From NCBI GenBank assembly GCA_902520685.1, contig CABYPE010000001.1, positions 9,255-73,254 on the forward strand: 64,000 nucleotides of DNA, given 5' to 3'. This stretch comes from an uncultured Pelagibacteraceae bacterium (GTDB lineage: Bacteria; Pseudomonadota; Alphaproteobacteria; Pelagibacterales; Pelagibacteraceae). A program made the translations under genes and the position numbers. The notes under the pieces were generated by a model, which was given only the letters and a program-made list of their open reading frames with translations, did no database searches and was not told the origin of the DNA. This document shows positions 41,828-50,940 of this stretch, piece after piece; within the stretch, counting starts at the first letter, position 1; every line of letters begins with the position of its first letter.

Positions 41828-42781
41828 ATGAAAAAAATTCTGATTACAAGAAGATTAATCAAAGATAGTGAAGATAAAGCTATAAAAATTTTTGATGCAA
41901 AACTAAACTCAAATGATGAACTTTATTCTCAATCTAAAGTAATAGAGATGAGCCAAGGCTGTGATGCAGTACTTACTTCGTTGACTGACAAAATGGATAA
42001 AGAAACAATAGATAAGTTACCAGATAGTGTAAAAATTATTTCAAATTTTGCTGTTGGTTTTGGAAATATTGATCTTGATGCAGCTAAAAAAAGAGGAATT
42101 GCTGTTACAAATACACCTGAAGTTTTATCAGATGCAACGGCAGAAATTGGAATTTTATTAATACTAGGTGCATGTAGAAGAGCATCAGAAGGAATAGAGT
42201 CTGCAAGAGAAGGTGGATGGAAATGGTCAGCAGATTATTTAATAGGAAAACAATTAACAGGGACAAGACTTGGTATTTTAGGTATGGGACGAATAGGACA
42301 AAAGATTGCGAAGATTGCTAAATCTTTAGGAATGGTAATTCATTATCATAATCGGTCAAAATTAGCTGAACAAAAAGCAGATGGTGCAATCTATCACGAT
42401 AATATAAAAAGTCTTTTTTCTGTATCTGATGTTCTATCCATTTGTTGTCCAGCAACAAGAGAAACAGAAAATATGATTAACAAAGAAACTGTTGAATATT
42501 TTCCTAAAGGAGCAGTTATAACTAATGTAGCAAGAGGTGATATTGTTGATGATGAAGCTTTAATTGATGCTTTAAACAGACGAAAAATCTATGCTGTTGG
42601 TTTAGATGTTTACAAAAATGAACCTAATTTAAACAAAGGTTATCAAAAAATAAAATCAGCATTTATTTTACCTCACCTAGGAAGCGCCACAAAAGATACG
42701 AGAATTGCAATGGCAAATCTTGCAATAGATAATATTGATGAGTTTTTCAATACTGGTAATTGTAAAAATAAAGTAAATTAA
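41828..42781 (+). CDS. D-2-hydroxyacid dehydrogenase (glyoxylate/hydroxypyruvate reductase family)
   Basis: VTNTP, GMGRIG, NVARG, LDVY..EP, PHLGSAT. Confidence 0.92.
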   Translation: MKKILITRRLIKDSEDKAIKIFDAKLNSNDELYSQSKVIEMSQGCDAVLTSLTDKMDKETIDKLPDSVKIISNFAVGFGNIDLDAAKKRGIAVTNTPEVLSDATAEIGILLILGACRRASEGIESAREGGWKWSADYLIGKQLTGTRLGILGMGRIGQKIAKIAKSLGMVIHYHNRSKLAEQKADGAIYHDNIKSLFSVSDVLSICCPATRETENMINKETVEYFPKGAVITNVARGDIVDDEALIDALNRRKIYAVGLDVYKNEPNLNKGYQKIKSAFILPHLGSATKDTRIAMANLAIDNIDEFFNTGNCKNKVN

Positions 42782-43386
42782 ATTTCTACTTCTAATTCTG
42801 TAACTACTCCATTAGCATTTATTTCCCACCCATTTGGGTTTATGTCAAAAGGACATGAGGAAACTATACATATAGTATCAATTATTGCTTCTAAGATTAC
42901 ATAAGAATTAGGTTTAACAATATTTTTAGGTGCAAATAAGCTTCCATTTTTTTGGACATTTGTATTAGTAAAAAAATTTATTGGCTGAGGAATTACATTA
43001 ATTTCGTACCCTCTTCGGCGCATAACATTCATGAGATTATCTGAGCAGCTTGGGTGTGGTCCTTTATATCCAAAAAATTCATATCTGAATTGATCACATG
43101 CAGGTAAAAGCATGTCATGAATACCATCTCCTCCATCCTCAATCATTTTTAGCATTGGTCTTCGAAATCGTGACAAAAAGATATCACCAGGTCGAGGTTT
43201 AACAGAGGTAGAAGTTATCCAAGTATGTGGTGGAGACAGCCACTCATCTATACTGTGAGCATTATATGCAAAAAAATCTGCAGCCTGATAACCTTTTGGA
43301 GTACTTATTCGGATACGGTCTCCGGAAGCAATATCAAAAGCTTGAGCATCTTTAGCTTGTATTGTGATTTTTTTATTTAAACGCAA
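42778..43386 (-). CDS. Stand-alone DUF1989 (urea carboxylase-associated/YcgI-like) protein
   Basis: G.Q.ADF, HDML..AC, HPSC.DN, P.NFF.N, SSCP; TTG start. Confidence 0.85.
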   Translation of the reverse strand: MRLNKKITIQAKDAQAFDIASGDRIRISTPKGYQAADFFAYNAHSIDEWLSPPHTWITSTSVKPRPGDIFLSRFRRPMLKMIEDGGDGIHDMLLPACDQFRYEFFGYKGPHPSCSDNLMNVMRRRGYEINVIPQPINFFTNTNVQKNGSLFAPKNIVKPNSYVILEAIIDTICIVSSCPFDINPNGWEINANGVVTELEVEI

Positions 43387-43390
43387 GTTC

Positions 43391-45139
43391 TTAAGGTTTT
43401 TTTTGTGAATGTTTTATTAATGGTAGATAATGATGAGGGTGTCTCATGGACATCATGAATTTGTCTCTTACTACATTAGTTGGGTAGTTAGTATCTAAGT
43501 TAGATGTATTAACTTTTAAAAATGTTATATCTTCCTCTTTGTGAATAAGACTTTCTTCTCTAGGAAATTTGAAAGGATCTGGTCCAAAAATCCCACTTTT
43601 TCCAAGATAATTGTTTTTTTGATCAGAAATATTTGAGTAAACAAAATATAAGTTGTTTTCTCCTCCCCTAATTCTAAAATGATTCCAATGATTAGGATCA
43701 GCTCCAGTAGGAATTGGATAATTTTGTCTTACAGCTGTCCCTTTATGACCGTGAGTAAAAATTCCTTTTTGAGCTGATGGACACAAAATTATGTCACATC
43801 CATATAATCCTAAACATCTTGCTGACTCAGGAAAAATTGCATCGTACCCTATTATTAAACCTATTCTTCCTATTTTTGTGTCAAAATATTTCCACTCATT
43901 TCCCTCTGTAGCCCAAGATCTATCAGCCTTGTTTAAATGAACTTTTCTATAAACACCTAGTATACCTTCTGGACCGACAAGAACTGAAGAATTATAAAAT
44001 TCTTTTTTATTTTTTTCTGCAAAACCACAGCAAATGTATATGTCATTTTTATTTGCATATTCTGCAAGTTCTAATATTTCAGCGCTATCACTACTCAACG
44101 CTGATTTATTTTTATTTAGGTGTCCCGTTAATGATAATTCCGGAAAAACTACCAACTCACTTAAATTTTTCTTTGCATTATCCAAATGACTAAATATTTT
44201 ATTTAAATTTTTTTTAACATCATTTGTTGAGCTCATTTGAACTACAGATATTAAAGATTCTTTCCCTCTTGGTAACGGATCTAGGCCATAAAGACCAAAA
44301 AAATCTAAAGGATTCCAAAGATAAGGATCAGTAGGTAGATTTAAATACATTTCAGGTCTTCTATCGTTAAATATTTTTTCATCTAAAACTTCTTTTTTTC
44401 TTGGCCAAGATAGATCAATTTTTGCGTAAGCTATTCCATCACCCTTGTCGATTACTGATGCTATAGATCCATCTGGATTAATAATACAGCTACCACCACT
44501 AAACTGGACAGTCCTTTCTAAACCCCATCTATTTGATTCTATTAAATAACAACTATTTTCAAACGCTCTGCTTATCCAATACGGAGCCGGAGTTCTTTCT
44601 GAAAGCCAATTACTAATATGAATAATGATATCTGCATCTTTCAAGGCAACCAATCTTGCAGTTTCAATAAAATGAATATCCATGCATATTAAAATTCCAA
44701 TTTTTCCTATATCAGTGTCAAAAACAAGATGTTCTTGACCTGGTGCTGACCATTTGGGTTCAGCTATATACCCGTGACTTTTTCTATGTTTTCCAATTAT
44801 TCCACTGGGTCCGATTAAAACTGCTGAATTGTAATATAATTGAGTTTCCTCATCTATTTCGGGCATTCCAATTACAATATAACAATTAAATTTTTTAGTT
44901 ATTGATTGAAATTTTTTTGTTGTAGGTCCTGGGATTGTTTCCACCAAAGAACTTATTTCTTCTCTATTTAAAAAACAATAACCAGTCGTACCCATTTCAG
45001 GGGTTACAATTAACTTTGCACCTTTGTTAGCTGCTTCTTCGCATAAATGCAATAAAGAATCTATGTTATGATCTTTTTTGAATTGTGAAGGTTCATATTG
45101 AACAGTGGCAACTTCGTATTTTTGCAAAGATTTTTTCAT
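43391..45139 (-). CDS. Tandem two-domain nitrilase-superfamily carbon-nitrogen hydrolase
   Basis: Domain 1: PEM, YNSAVL, HRKSH, ICMD; domain 2: FPEL, YNSSVL, YRKVH, IGYD. Confidence 0.9.
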   Translation of the reverse strand: MKKSLQKYEVATVQYEPSQFKKDHNIDSLLHLCEEAANKGAKLIVTPEMGTTGYCFLNREEISSLVETIPGPTTKKFQSITKKFNCYIVIGMPEIDEETQLYYNSAVLIGPSGIIGKHRKSHGYIAEPKWSAPGQEHLVFDTDIGKIGILICMDIHFIETARLVALKDADIIIHISNWLSERTPAPYWISRAFENSCYLIESNRWGLERTVQFSGGSCIINPDGSIASVIDKGDGIAYAKIDLSWPRKKEVLDEKIFNDRRPEMYLNLPTDPYLWNPLDFFGLYGLDPLPRGKESLISVVQMSSTNDVKKNLNKIFSHLDNAKKNLSELVVFPELSLTGHLNKNKSALSSDSAEILELAEYANKNDIYICCGFAEKNKKEFYNSSVLVGPEGILGVYRKVHLNKADRSWATEGNEWKYFDTKIGRIGLIIGYDAIFPESARCLGLYGCDIILCPSAQKGIFTHGHKGTAVRQNYPIPTGADPNHWNHFRIRGGENNLYFVYSNISDQKNNYLGKSGIFGPDPFKFPREESLIHKEEDITFLKVNTSNLDTNYPTNVVRDKFMMSMRHPHHYLPLIKHSQKKP

Positions 45140-45189
45140 AATAGATAATAATAATTATATATAAAATTATAATTAAAAAACTAATTATA

Positions 45190-45204
45190 CTGGAAATTTT
45201 CCAG
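45190..45204. promoter_or_regulatory. Candidate operator palindrome in the divergent promoter
   Basis: CTGGAAA-T-TTTCCAG perfect 7-1-7 inverted repeat in an otherwise very AT-rich spacer. Confidence 0.5.
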
Positions 45205-45333
45205 CAATTGTTTCACTTGATCAATTACGGTTTTATGACTTATGTTTTTATATTTATATTTGGTAATTAAAATATTTATTTATCTGAAATTTTTTTAGAT
45301 TGTAAATATTTTTTAACTTAGAGGGGTAAATAT

Positions 45334-46572
45334 ATGAAAAAAATAGTAATTTTTCTAATATCTAGCTTTTTAATTTTGTTTAGTAATGCTAAAGCGGCTG
45401 ACACAATTAAGCTTGGTATATTAGAAGACGAAACAGGAAATTTTGCTATCGCGGTGGTTCCTAAAATTCATGCTTATGAATTAGCAGTCAAAGAGATCAA
45501 TGCTGCTGGTGGTGTTTTAGGTAAAAAACTTGAAATAGTAAGATATGATACTCAATCAGATAACAGACGTTTCCAAGAGTTTGCTAGAAGACTGATTAAA
45601 AAAGATAAAGTAGATGTTGTGTTCGGAGCATTTTCTAGTGCATCTAGAGAATCTATTAGAGGCATAATGGAAAAAAATAAGATGCTTTATTTTTATAATA
45701 ACCAATATGAAGGTGGTGTATGTAGTAAAACAACTTTCATGACAGGAGCAGTTCCTGAACAGCAATTCAGTACTTTAGTTCCATGGATGATGGAAAAGTA
45801 TGGAAAAAATGTTTATACGATTGCAGCAGATTATAACTTTGGCCAAATTTCGGCTGAATGGGTTAGACAAATAGTTAAAGAGGCTGGTGGAACAATGGTG
45901 GGAGAGGAATTTATCCCTTTAGATGTTTCACAATATAGTCAAACTATTCAAAAAATCCAAAAGGCTAAACCAGATGTTTTAATGACTTTATTAGTTGGTG
46001 CTAAACAAGCATCTTTCTATGAGCAGCAAGCTTCAGCTGGTTTAGGAATTCCAATGGCTACATCAATCAATGTTGGGCAAGCATATGAACACAGAAGATT
46101 TGCACCTCCAGCATTAGAAAACATGTATGTGACTGTGAATTATATTCAAGAAGTTCATGAAGTAATTAAATCAGGAGAGTTTCATGATAAAAGTAAAGAT
46201 TATGTGAAACGATTCAGAGCACTTTATCCAAATGAGCCATATATCAATATGGAGTCAGCTAACGCATACAATGCAATATACATGTATGCTAAAGCAGTGG
46301 AAAAAGCAGGTACTACTGATACGATGAAAGTAGTTGCGGCTTTAGAAAGTGGTATTACTCAGGATGGTCCTTCAGGTGTTGTAACTATGGATCCAAAAAG
46401 TCACCATGGAAGTCATACGATTTTCTTAGTGAGAGTTGGAAAAAATCATACAGTAACAATACCTAAAATTTGGAAGGATATTCAGCCATACTGGTTAGGA
46501 GATAATGGATGTGATTTAGCTAATAAAGCTGATTACTCTCAGTACACTCCGTCAAATCCACCTAAAAATTAG
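45334..46572 (+). CDS. Amide/urea-type ABC transporter substrate-binding protein (UrtA/FmdD/AmiC-like)
   Basis: Signal peptide, EINAAGGVLG, SSASRE, QYEGG, ADYNFG; GAGGGG RBS. Confidence 0.9.
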   Translation: MKKIVIFLISSFLILFSNAKAADTIKLGILEDETGNFAIAVVPKIHAYELAVKEINAAGGVLGKKLEIVRYDTQSDNRRFQEFARRLIKKDKVDVVFGAFSSASRESIRGIMEKNKMLYFYNNQYEGGVCSKTTFMTGAVPEQQFSTLVPWMMEKYGKNVYTIAADYNFGQISAEWVRQIVKEAGGTMVGEEFIPLDVSQYSQTIQKIQKAKPDVLMTLLVGAKQASFYEQQASAGLGIPMATSINVGQAYEHRRFAPPALENMYVTVNYIQEVHEVIKSGEFHDKSKDYVKRFRALYPNEPYINMESANAYNAIYMYAKAVEKAGTTDTMKVVAALESGITQDGPSGVVTMDPKSHHGSHTIFLVRVGKNHTVTIPKIWKDIQPYWLGDNGCDLANKADYSQYTPSNPPKN

Positions 46573-46584
46573 TATATAAAAATA

Positions 46585-46617
46585 AACTTAGCGGTAAATA
46601 ATTATTACCGCTAAGTT
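46585..46617 (+). other. Intercistronic stem-loop after the SBP gene (mRNA stabiliser or weak terminator)
   Basis: AACTTAGCGGTAA/TTACCGCTAAGTT 13-bp stem, 7-nt loop, no clear U-tract. Confidence 0.75.
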
Positions 46618-46641
46618 CTAAATTAAATTATTATAGATTTT

Positions 46642-47511
46642 ATGGTTTTTCTTTTTAATATTTTTTATCAATTTGGAGACTCTCTCGCATTTTTGCTTTT
46701 AGCAGCAATAGGATTAGCAGTTATTTTTGGAATGATGAAAATTATTAATCTTGCTCATGGTGAATTTATTACAGTTGGAGCATACGGAACAGTTGTCTCA
46801 GGAAAAGTATTTAATTTACCACTTCCTATTGCAATGGCATTTGGTGTTTTGGTTACCATAATATTTGGTCTTATATTAGAAAAATTCATAATTCGATATT
46901 TATATGGAAGACCATTAGACTCAGTTGTTGCAACTTGGGGAATAAGCTTAATAGTTTCACAATCTTTTCTAGTTATTTTTGGACCATCCTATGAGGGATT
47001 ACAAACTCCTATGGGTAATTTTCAGCTAGGAGAATTTTCTTACTCTGAGTATAGAATTTTTCTTATATTTTCTGCACTATTTCTTCTTATGCTTTTGTAT
47101 TATCTATTTATGAAAACAAGTTTTGGAACATTAGCAAGAGCAACGATAGAAAACCCGTCTATCTCTTCATCAATGGGTGTAGATGTAAAGAATATTTATA
47201 CGGCCACTTTTGCCATCGGAGCAGGATTGGCTGGAGTTACAGGTGCGTTATATGCCCCAACAATGACTATTGTTCCAAGTATTGGACAAGCATTTATTGT
47301 TAGTGCTTTTATTACAGTAGTTACAGCAGGTGCAAGCCCATTTGTAGGACTGGTTCCAGCTGCTGCATTCTTAGGAACGGTACAAACTACAGTTACCTTC
47401 TTTTACAAATCAACTATTGGGTTAATAGCAATATTGTGTGCGGTAATATTAATTATAAGATATTTACCAAATGGTTTTAGCGGCCTTATACTAAAAAAAA
47501 GATCAAAATAA
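46642..47511 (+). CDS. ABC permease, UrtB/LivH-like
   Basis: GLAVIFG...INLAHGEF, ATWG. Confidence 0.9.
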   Translation: MVFLFNIFYQFGDSLAFLLLAAIGLAVIFGMMKIINLAHGEFITVGAYGTVVSGKVFNLPLPIAMAFGVLVTIIFGLILEKFIIRYLYGRPLDSVVATWGISLIVSQSFLVIFGPSYEGLQTPMGNFQLGEFSYSEYRIFLIFSALFLLMLLYYLFMKTSFGTLARATIENPSISSSMGVDVKNIYTATFAIGAGLAGVTGALYAPTMTIVPSIGQAFIVSAFITVVTAGASPFVGLVPAAAFLGTVQTTVTFFYKSTIGLIAILCAVILIIRYLPNGFSGLILKKRSK

Positions 47512-47514
47512 AAA

Positions 47515-48516
47515 ATGAAAACTGATTTTAAAAAAAATAAATTACAAATTTTTACTTTTATTGTGTTAGGAGCTATACCTTTATTTGTTGATAGTTATTA
47601 TCTTGATAATATCTCATATTTTATGTGCTGGACATTTATATCTCTTGGTCTTGCAGTAATTTGGGGAATGGGAGGTATATTGAGCTTTGGCCAAACTGCT
47701 TTTTTTGGTTTGGCAGGATATGGCTTTTCAGTAATAAGTATAAATTTTTTAGGAGTTGCTGGAGTTAGTTTATGGTCGATCGTTTTGGCATTACTCCTTA
47801 CAGGAATTTTTGGTTTAATTGTAGGATACTTTTTGTTCTACGGCGGAATTTATGATGTGTTTGTTGGAATAGTAACTCTTGCAATAACACTAGTTTTAGA
47901 AACTTTTATGCAACAAACGGCAGGTCCAGAATATACAATTGGTACTGCAAGACTAAATGGTTTTAATGGAATGCAAGGTATGCCAACAATAGGTTTTGAA
48001 AATATACCATTTGGTTTAGTTGAAGGTGTTACTCAATACTACTTCATTTTGATACTATCGATAATAGTATTAATATCTTTATATAAATTTAAAAATTCTA
48101 GAATGGGATTAATATTTTTAGCCTCAAAGGAAGATAGAGAGAGAGTCTCAAGTCTTGGACACAATGTTCAAAAGGTACAATTAATTGCATTTACAATTGC
48201 ATCTGTATTAGCAGGTATTAGTGGCATTCTATACACTAACTGGGGTGGTTATATAACTCCTGACTCAATGGGTTTAGTTTCCGCAGCCTTACCAGTTGTT
48301 TATGTTGCAGCAAGTGGAAAAAAAGATTTCTTTTCAGTTTTTATTGGATGTATATTTTTTGTATGGCTATCTCAAACATTAGCAATTAATGGGAAACAAT
48401 TTGCTATAATAGTCATGGGATTAATTCTTGTAATTGCTACAAGATTTTTTCCAGATGGCATAATTTTAATGTTGAAAAATAAACTTATAGAAAAAGTCAA
48501 ATGGCTTCAATCTTAG
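47515..48516 (+). CDS. ABC permease, UrtC/LivM-like
   Basis: WG.GGILSFGQ.AFFG, multiple TM helices. Confidence 0.9.
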   Translation: MKTDFKKNKLQIFTFIVLGAIPLFVDSYYLDNISYFMCWTFISLGLAVIWGMGGILSFGQTAFFGLAGYGFSVISINFLGVAGVSLWSIVLALLLTGIFGLIVGYFLFYGGIYDVFVGIVTLAITLVLETFMQQTAGPEYTIGTARLNGFNGMQGMPTIGFENIPFGLVEGVTQYYFILILSIIVLISLYKFKNSRMGLIFLASKEDRERVSSLGHNVQKVQLIAFTIASVLAGISGILYTNWGGYITPDSMGLVSAALPVVYVAASGKKDFFSVFIGCIFFVWLSQTLAINGKQFAIIVMGLILVIATRFFPDGIILMLKNKLIEKVKWLQS

Positions 48517-49199
48517 AAACAAAATCAGTAACAAAAAAATTTGGTGGTTTCACTGCTGTTGATAATGTTTCTTTAACAGTGGACTCTGGTGAAATTAGAT
48601 TTGTTATTGGTCCTAATGGAGCCGGAAAAAGTACCTTATTTAAACTAATAATTGGTTTTCATTCACCGAATTCTGGAACTATTTTGTATAAAGGTAATAA
48701 TGTAGAAAAATTAAAATTACACGAAAGAATTAATTTAGGCATGGGTGTAAAATTTCAAGCACCTTCAGTGTTCTCAGAATTAACTGTTCTTGAAAACTTA
48801 TTTTTAGCAAACAATAGAAAACATTCTTTGAAAATTAATGATTTGTTAAACGATTTTGCTCTTGAAAAAGAAAAAAATAATTTAGCTGGAGATTTGTCTC
48901 ACGGAAAGAAACAATGGCTAGACATAGCTTTATCAACTATTTCTAAACCAGATTTAGTATTTTTAGATGAGCCTACAGCGGGTTTGTCCGTAGATGAGAC
49001 TAGAATAACTGGCGAAATAGTAAAAAACCTTAATAAGCAAGGTATTACTTTTATAGTTGTGGGTCATGATATGGATTTTGTGAAACAAACAGCTTCTAAG
49101 GTTTCATTGTTGCACCTAGGAAAAATGTTTATTGAAGGTAGTGTTGATCAAGTTCTTTCAGATAAAGGAGTTAATGATATTTATTTAGGATTAAGTTAA
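48501..49199 (+). CDS. ABC ATPase, UrtD/LivG-like
   Basis: GPNGAGKS, LSHGKKQWL, LDEPTAG. Confidence 0.92.
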   Translation: MASILETKSVTKKFGGFTAVDNVSLTVDSGEIRFVIGPNGAGKSTLFKLIIGFHSPNSGTILYKGNNVEKLKLHERINLGMGVKFQAPSVFSELTVLENLFLANNRKHSLKINDLLNDFALEKEKNNLAGDLSHGKKQWLDIALSTISKPDLVFLDEPTAGLSVDETRITGEIVKNLNKQGITFIVVGHDMDFVKQTASKVSLLHLGKMFIEGSVDQVLSDKGVNDIYLGLS

Positions 49200-49927
49200 T
49201 GACAAAAAATTTATTACTAAAAATTGAAAATGTTTCTTCTGGATATGGTTCTACAGTTATAGTTAATAATTTCTCTTTTGAAGTTGAGAAAGGCCAAGTC
49301 CTTGCAATCACAGGAAGCAATGGTATGGGAAAAACTACTTTAATGAAGACGATAATGGGCCTTATTGATGTGAGAAATGGAACAATAACCTATAAAGATG
49401 AGGATATAACAAACTCAAGTCCAGATTATAGATCTAAATTAGGAATTGGATATGTTCCCCAGGGGCGAGAAATTTTTAGTGCCCTGTCAGTAGAACAAAA
49501 TATAATGCTTCCAATTTATACTAGAAAAAAAATTACGTTTAATTCAAAAGATAAATTAGAAGAAATTTATTCTTTATTTCCAATTTTAAAAGAAAAAAGA
49601 CTTGCAAACGGATCATCATTAAGTGGTGGGCAGCAACAGCAACTTGCAATAGCCAGAGCTTTAATCTTTGACCCTGAAATAATCATTTTGGATGAGCCTG
49701 CAGAAGGTATTCAGCCCTCTATAGTTTCATTTATTGGAAATACATTGTCAGATTTATCAAAGAATTCAAAAAAAACATTTATTGTAGTTGAACAAAATAT
49801 TTCACTAATTAGTCAATTAAACTCTGATTGTATTTTAGTCGAAAAAGGTGTTTTTACAAAAAAGTTAAAATCATCAGAAATTAATACTGTAGAAAAAGCA
49901 AGAGATTTGCTAAGTTTACATAATTAA
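49199..49927 (+). CDS. ABC ATPase, UrtE/LivF-like
   Basis: GSNGMGKT, YVPQGREIF, LSGGQQQQLAI, DEPAEGIQPS. Confidence 0.92.
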   Translation: MTKNLLLKIENVSSGYGSTVIVNNFSFEVEKGQVLAITGSNGMGKTTLMKTIMGLIDVRNGTITYKDEDITNSSPDYRSKLGIGYVPQGREIFSALSVEQNIMLPIYTRKKITFNSKDKLEEIYSLFPILKEKRLANGSSLSGGQQQQLAIARALIFDPEIIILDEPAEGIQPSIVSFIGNTLSDLSKNSKKTFIVVEQNISLISQLNSDCILVEKGVFTKKLKSSEINTVEKARDLLSLHN

Positions 49928-49942
49928 AAAAGGAGGGAAAAA

Positions 49943-50929
49943 ATGGACTGGATGAAAGACTCGATAATGATGACCAAAGGTGTTGGAAAAAATAATAAAG
50001 GTGAAACACATCAGTTGACTGAAAAAACACAAGGCACATATCAATATACTATGGGGCCTTATTCAAAGCCTGTGATGCACATTAAGCCTGGGGATACAGT
50101 CGTTGTAGAAACCCGAGATGCTTTTGAAGGAAAAATTCAAAAAGAATCTGACAAACCATCCGAAAAATTAGAAATGCCTTTTTTAAATCCTCAAAATGGA
50201 CCAATAATGGTAGAAGGTGCTGAAAAGGGAGATGCGATTGCAGTTTATATTGATAAAATGGTTCCTAGAGGTAGTAATCCATTGGGTACTTGCTGTATGA
50301 TTGAGGAATTTGGGGCTTTAACTGGCACATCTTATACGGCAACTTTAAACGATCCACTGCCAGAAAAAGTTAGAAAGATTAATTTAGATGAAAAAAATGT
50401 ATATTGGTCAGATCGAATTACTCTACCTTATAAGCCTCATATTGGAACACTGAGTTGCTCTCCAGAAATAGACTCTATAAACTCATTAACACCGGATAAT
50501 CATGGAGGTAACATGGACCTTCCAGATATGGGACCTGGCAGTATAACATATTTGCCTGTAAGAAGTCCTGGGGGTAGATTGTTTATAGGTGACGCTCATG
50601 CATGCCAAGGAGATGGAGAAGTTTGTGGAGTTGCAGTTGAGTATCCCACAACAACTACAATAAAAGTAGATCTTATAAAAAACTATACAATCGAGTGGCC
50701 AAGATTAGAAACTAAAGATATGTTAATGGCAATCGGAAGCACTAGACCATTAGAAGATGCAACTAGAATAGCTTATCGAGAGTTAGTGAGATGGTTAGCC
50801 AAAGATTTTAAGTTTGATCAGTGGGATATTTATATGATTTTGAGTCAAGTTGGAAAGGTTAGATTAGGAAATTTTGTTGATCCAAAATACACTGTTGGTG
50901 CAGGAATAGAAAAAAAATATCTTAAATAA
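49943..50929 (+). CDS. Acetamidase/formamidase (FmdA_AmdA) family amidase
   Basis: GPI.VEGA..GD, HGGNMD, GDAHACQGDGEVCG; AGGAGG RBS. Confidence 0.93.
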   Translation: MDWMKDSIMMTKGVGKNNKGETHQLTEKTQGTYQYTMGPYSKPVMHIKPGDTVVVETRDAFEGKIQKESDKPSEKLEMPFLNPQNGPIMVEGAEKGDAIAVYIDKMVPRGSNPLGTCCMIEEFGALTGTSYTATLNDPLPEKVRKINLDEKNVYWSDRITLPYKPHIGTLSCSPEIDSINSLTPDNHGGNMDLPDMGPGSITYLPVRSPGGRLFIGDAHACQGDGEVCGVAVEYPTTTTIKVDLIKNYTIEWPRLETKDMLMAIGSTRPLEDATRIAYRELVRWLAKDFKFDQWDIYMILSQVGKVRLGNFVDPKYTVGAGIEKKYLK

Positions 50930-50940
50930 TTTTTTTAGAA

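Noticed and set aside
45334-49927. Calling the ABC system urtABCDE for urea uptake
   Set aside because: The family resemblance is clear, but there is no linked urease and the neighbours are amidase and nitrilase genes, so the substrate is left unassigned.
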